In this document: positions 63,925-64,000 of the stretch, piece after piece
Layout: each line of letters begins with the position of its first letter
Position numbering within the stretch: the stretch's first letter is position 1
From: Patescibacteria group bacterium
Lineage (GTDB): Bacteria > Patescibacteriota > Microgenomatia > UBA1400 > CG1-02-47-37
DNA: 64,000 nt
Direction: 5' to 3'
Assembly: GCA_038065055.1 (NCBI GenBank)
Contig: JBBTRT010000005.1
Coordinates: forward strand, 2,706 to 66,705
Made by a program: the position numbers and the translations under genes
The notes under the pieces: generated by a model
Seen by the model: the letters and a program-made list of their open reading frames with translations, nothing else
What the model was told of the DNA's origin: nothing
Database searches by the model: none

Positions 63925-64000
63925 TTACCAAGCTAATTCCCGATCAGCGTCTAAAGCAAAGGTTTCTTCCTGGCCGTTGAGTTTAATGGTGTAGTTGAAA
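63925..64000 (-). CDS. 3' end of an unidentified gene; the 5' part lies outside the window
   Basis: The minus frame reads ...FNYTIKLNGQEETFALDADRELAW* with TAA at 63925-63927, 1 nt before the recO GTG. Confidence 0.4.
   Translation of the reverse strand, partial: FNYTIKLNGQEETFALDADRELAW

Noticed and set aside
1-64000. Alternative genetic code (UGA recoding, as in some candidate phyla)
   Set aside because: Long conserved genes (ileS, ftsZ, murA-F, glyQS) are uninterrupted under the standard code. Conserved genes also terminate at TGA (for example mraZ) at the expected lengths.

Overview
The window is a compact bacterial chromosome segment, mostly minus-strand operons with 4-20 bp gene overlaps. 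It uses the standard genetic code: TGA, TAA and TAG all terminate well-conserved genes. Gene content and style suggest a Patescibacteria/CPR-like organism, but that is inference only. The supporting traits are many GT-C membrane glycosyltransferases, a femX-like gene inside the dcw cluster, minimal Mur ligases and an absence of biosynthetic genes.

Layout:
- 1-2.2 kb: a DUF2130-like gene, an L,D-transpeptidase and a frameshifted mini-gene.
- 3.5-19.5 kb: a roughly 16 kb surface-glycan assembly locus. It holds an O-antigen-ligase-like gene, several GT-C and GT2 enzymes, three tandem methyltransferases, a carbamoyltransferase, a flippase and a DegT aminotransferase.
- 19.9-22.8 kb: a 941-aa secreted protein combining a beta-helix, a Pro/Ser linker, a lipase domain and a coiled coil.
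- 22.8-24.8 kb: four orphan genes.
- 24.8-31.5 kb: tal, tRNA-Val(CAC), lepB, parB, rpmA, rplU, rodA and ileS.
- 31.5-33.3 kb: an AT-rich three-gene island.
- 33.3-57.1 kb: an expanded dcw cluster. In transcription order it runs mraZ, rsmH, ftsL, ftsI, murE-like, glmU-like, murC, murB, murA, yvcK-like, hydrolase, murF, degT-like, femX-like, mraY, murI, murD, ftsW, murG, ftsQ, ftsA, ftsZ.
- 57.1-64 kb: a GNAT-like gene, small coiled-coil proteins, an EamA transporter, an Ldh_2 dehydrogenase, a hydrolase, glyQS and recO.

Main second-look items:
1. A RayT/IS200-like HUH-tyrosine transposase gene is flanked by, and also contains, copies of a 22-27 nt palindrome (CCTRCARGGA-N3-TCCYTGYAGG). The same palindrome is scattered through the window, including in frame inside housekeeping genes.
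2. At 19 transcription-unit starts an (extended) -10 box lies 6-8 nt from the start codon, which implies leaderless mRNAs.
3. AT-rich cassettes of unknown function are inserted between conserved genes.
4. There is a 3 x 10-bp-phased AAAGTGG MraZ-type operator, and the conserved N-terminus of rsmH is reachable only from an SD-preceded CTG inside mraZ.
5. MurF is membrane-anchored.

No CRISPR array, rRNA gene or reverse transcriptase was seen.
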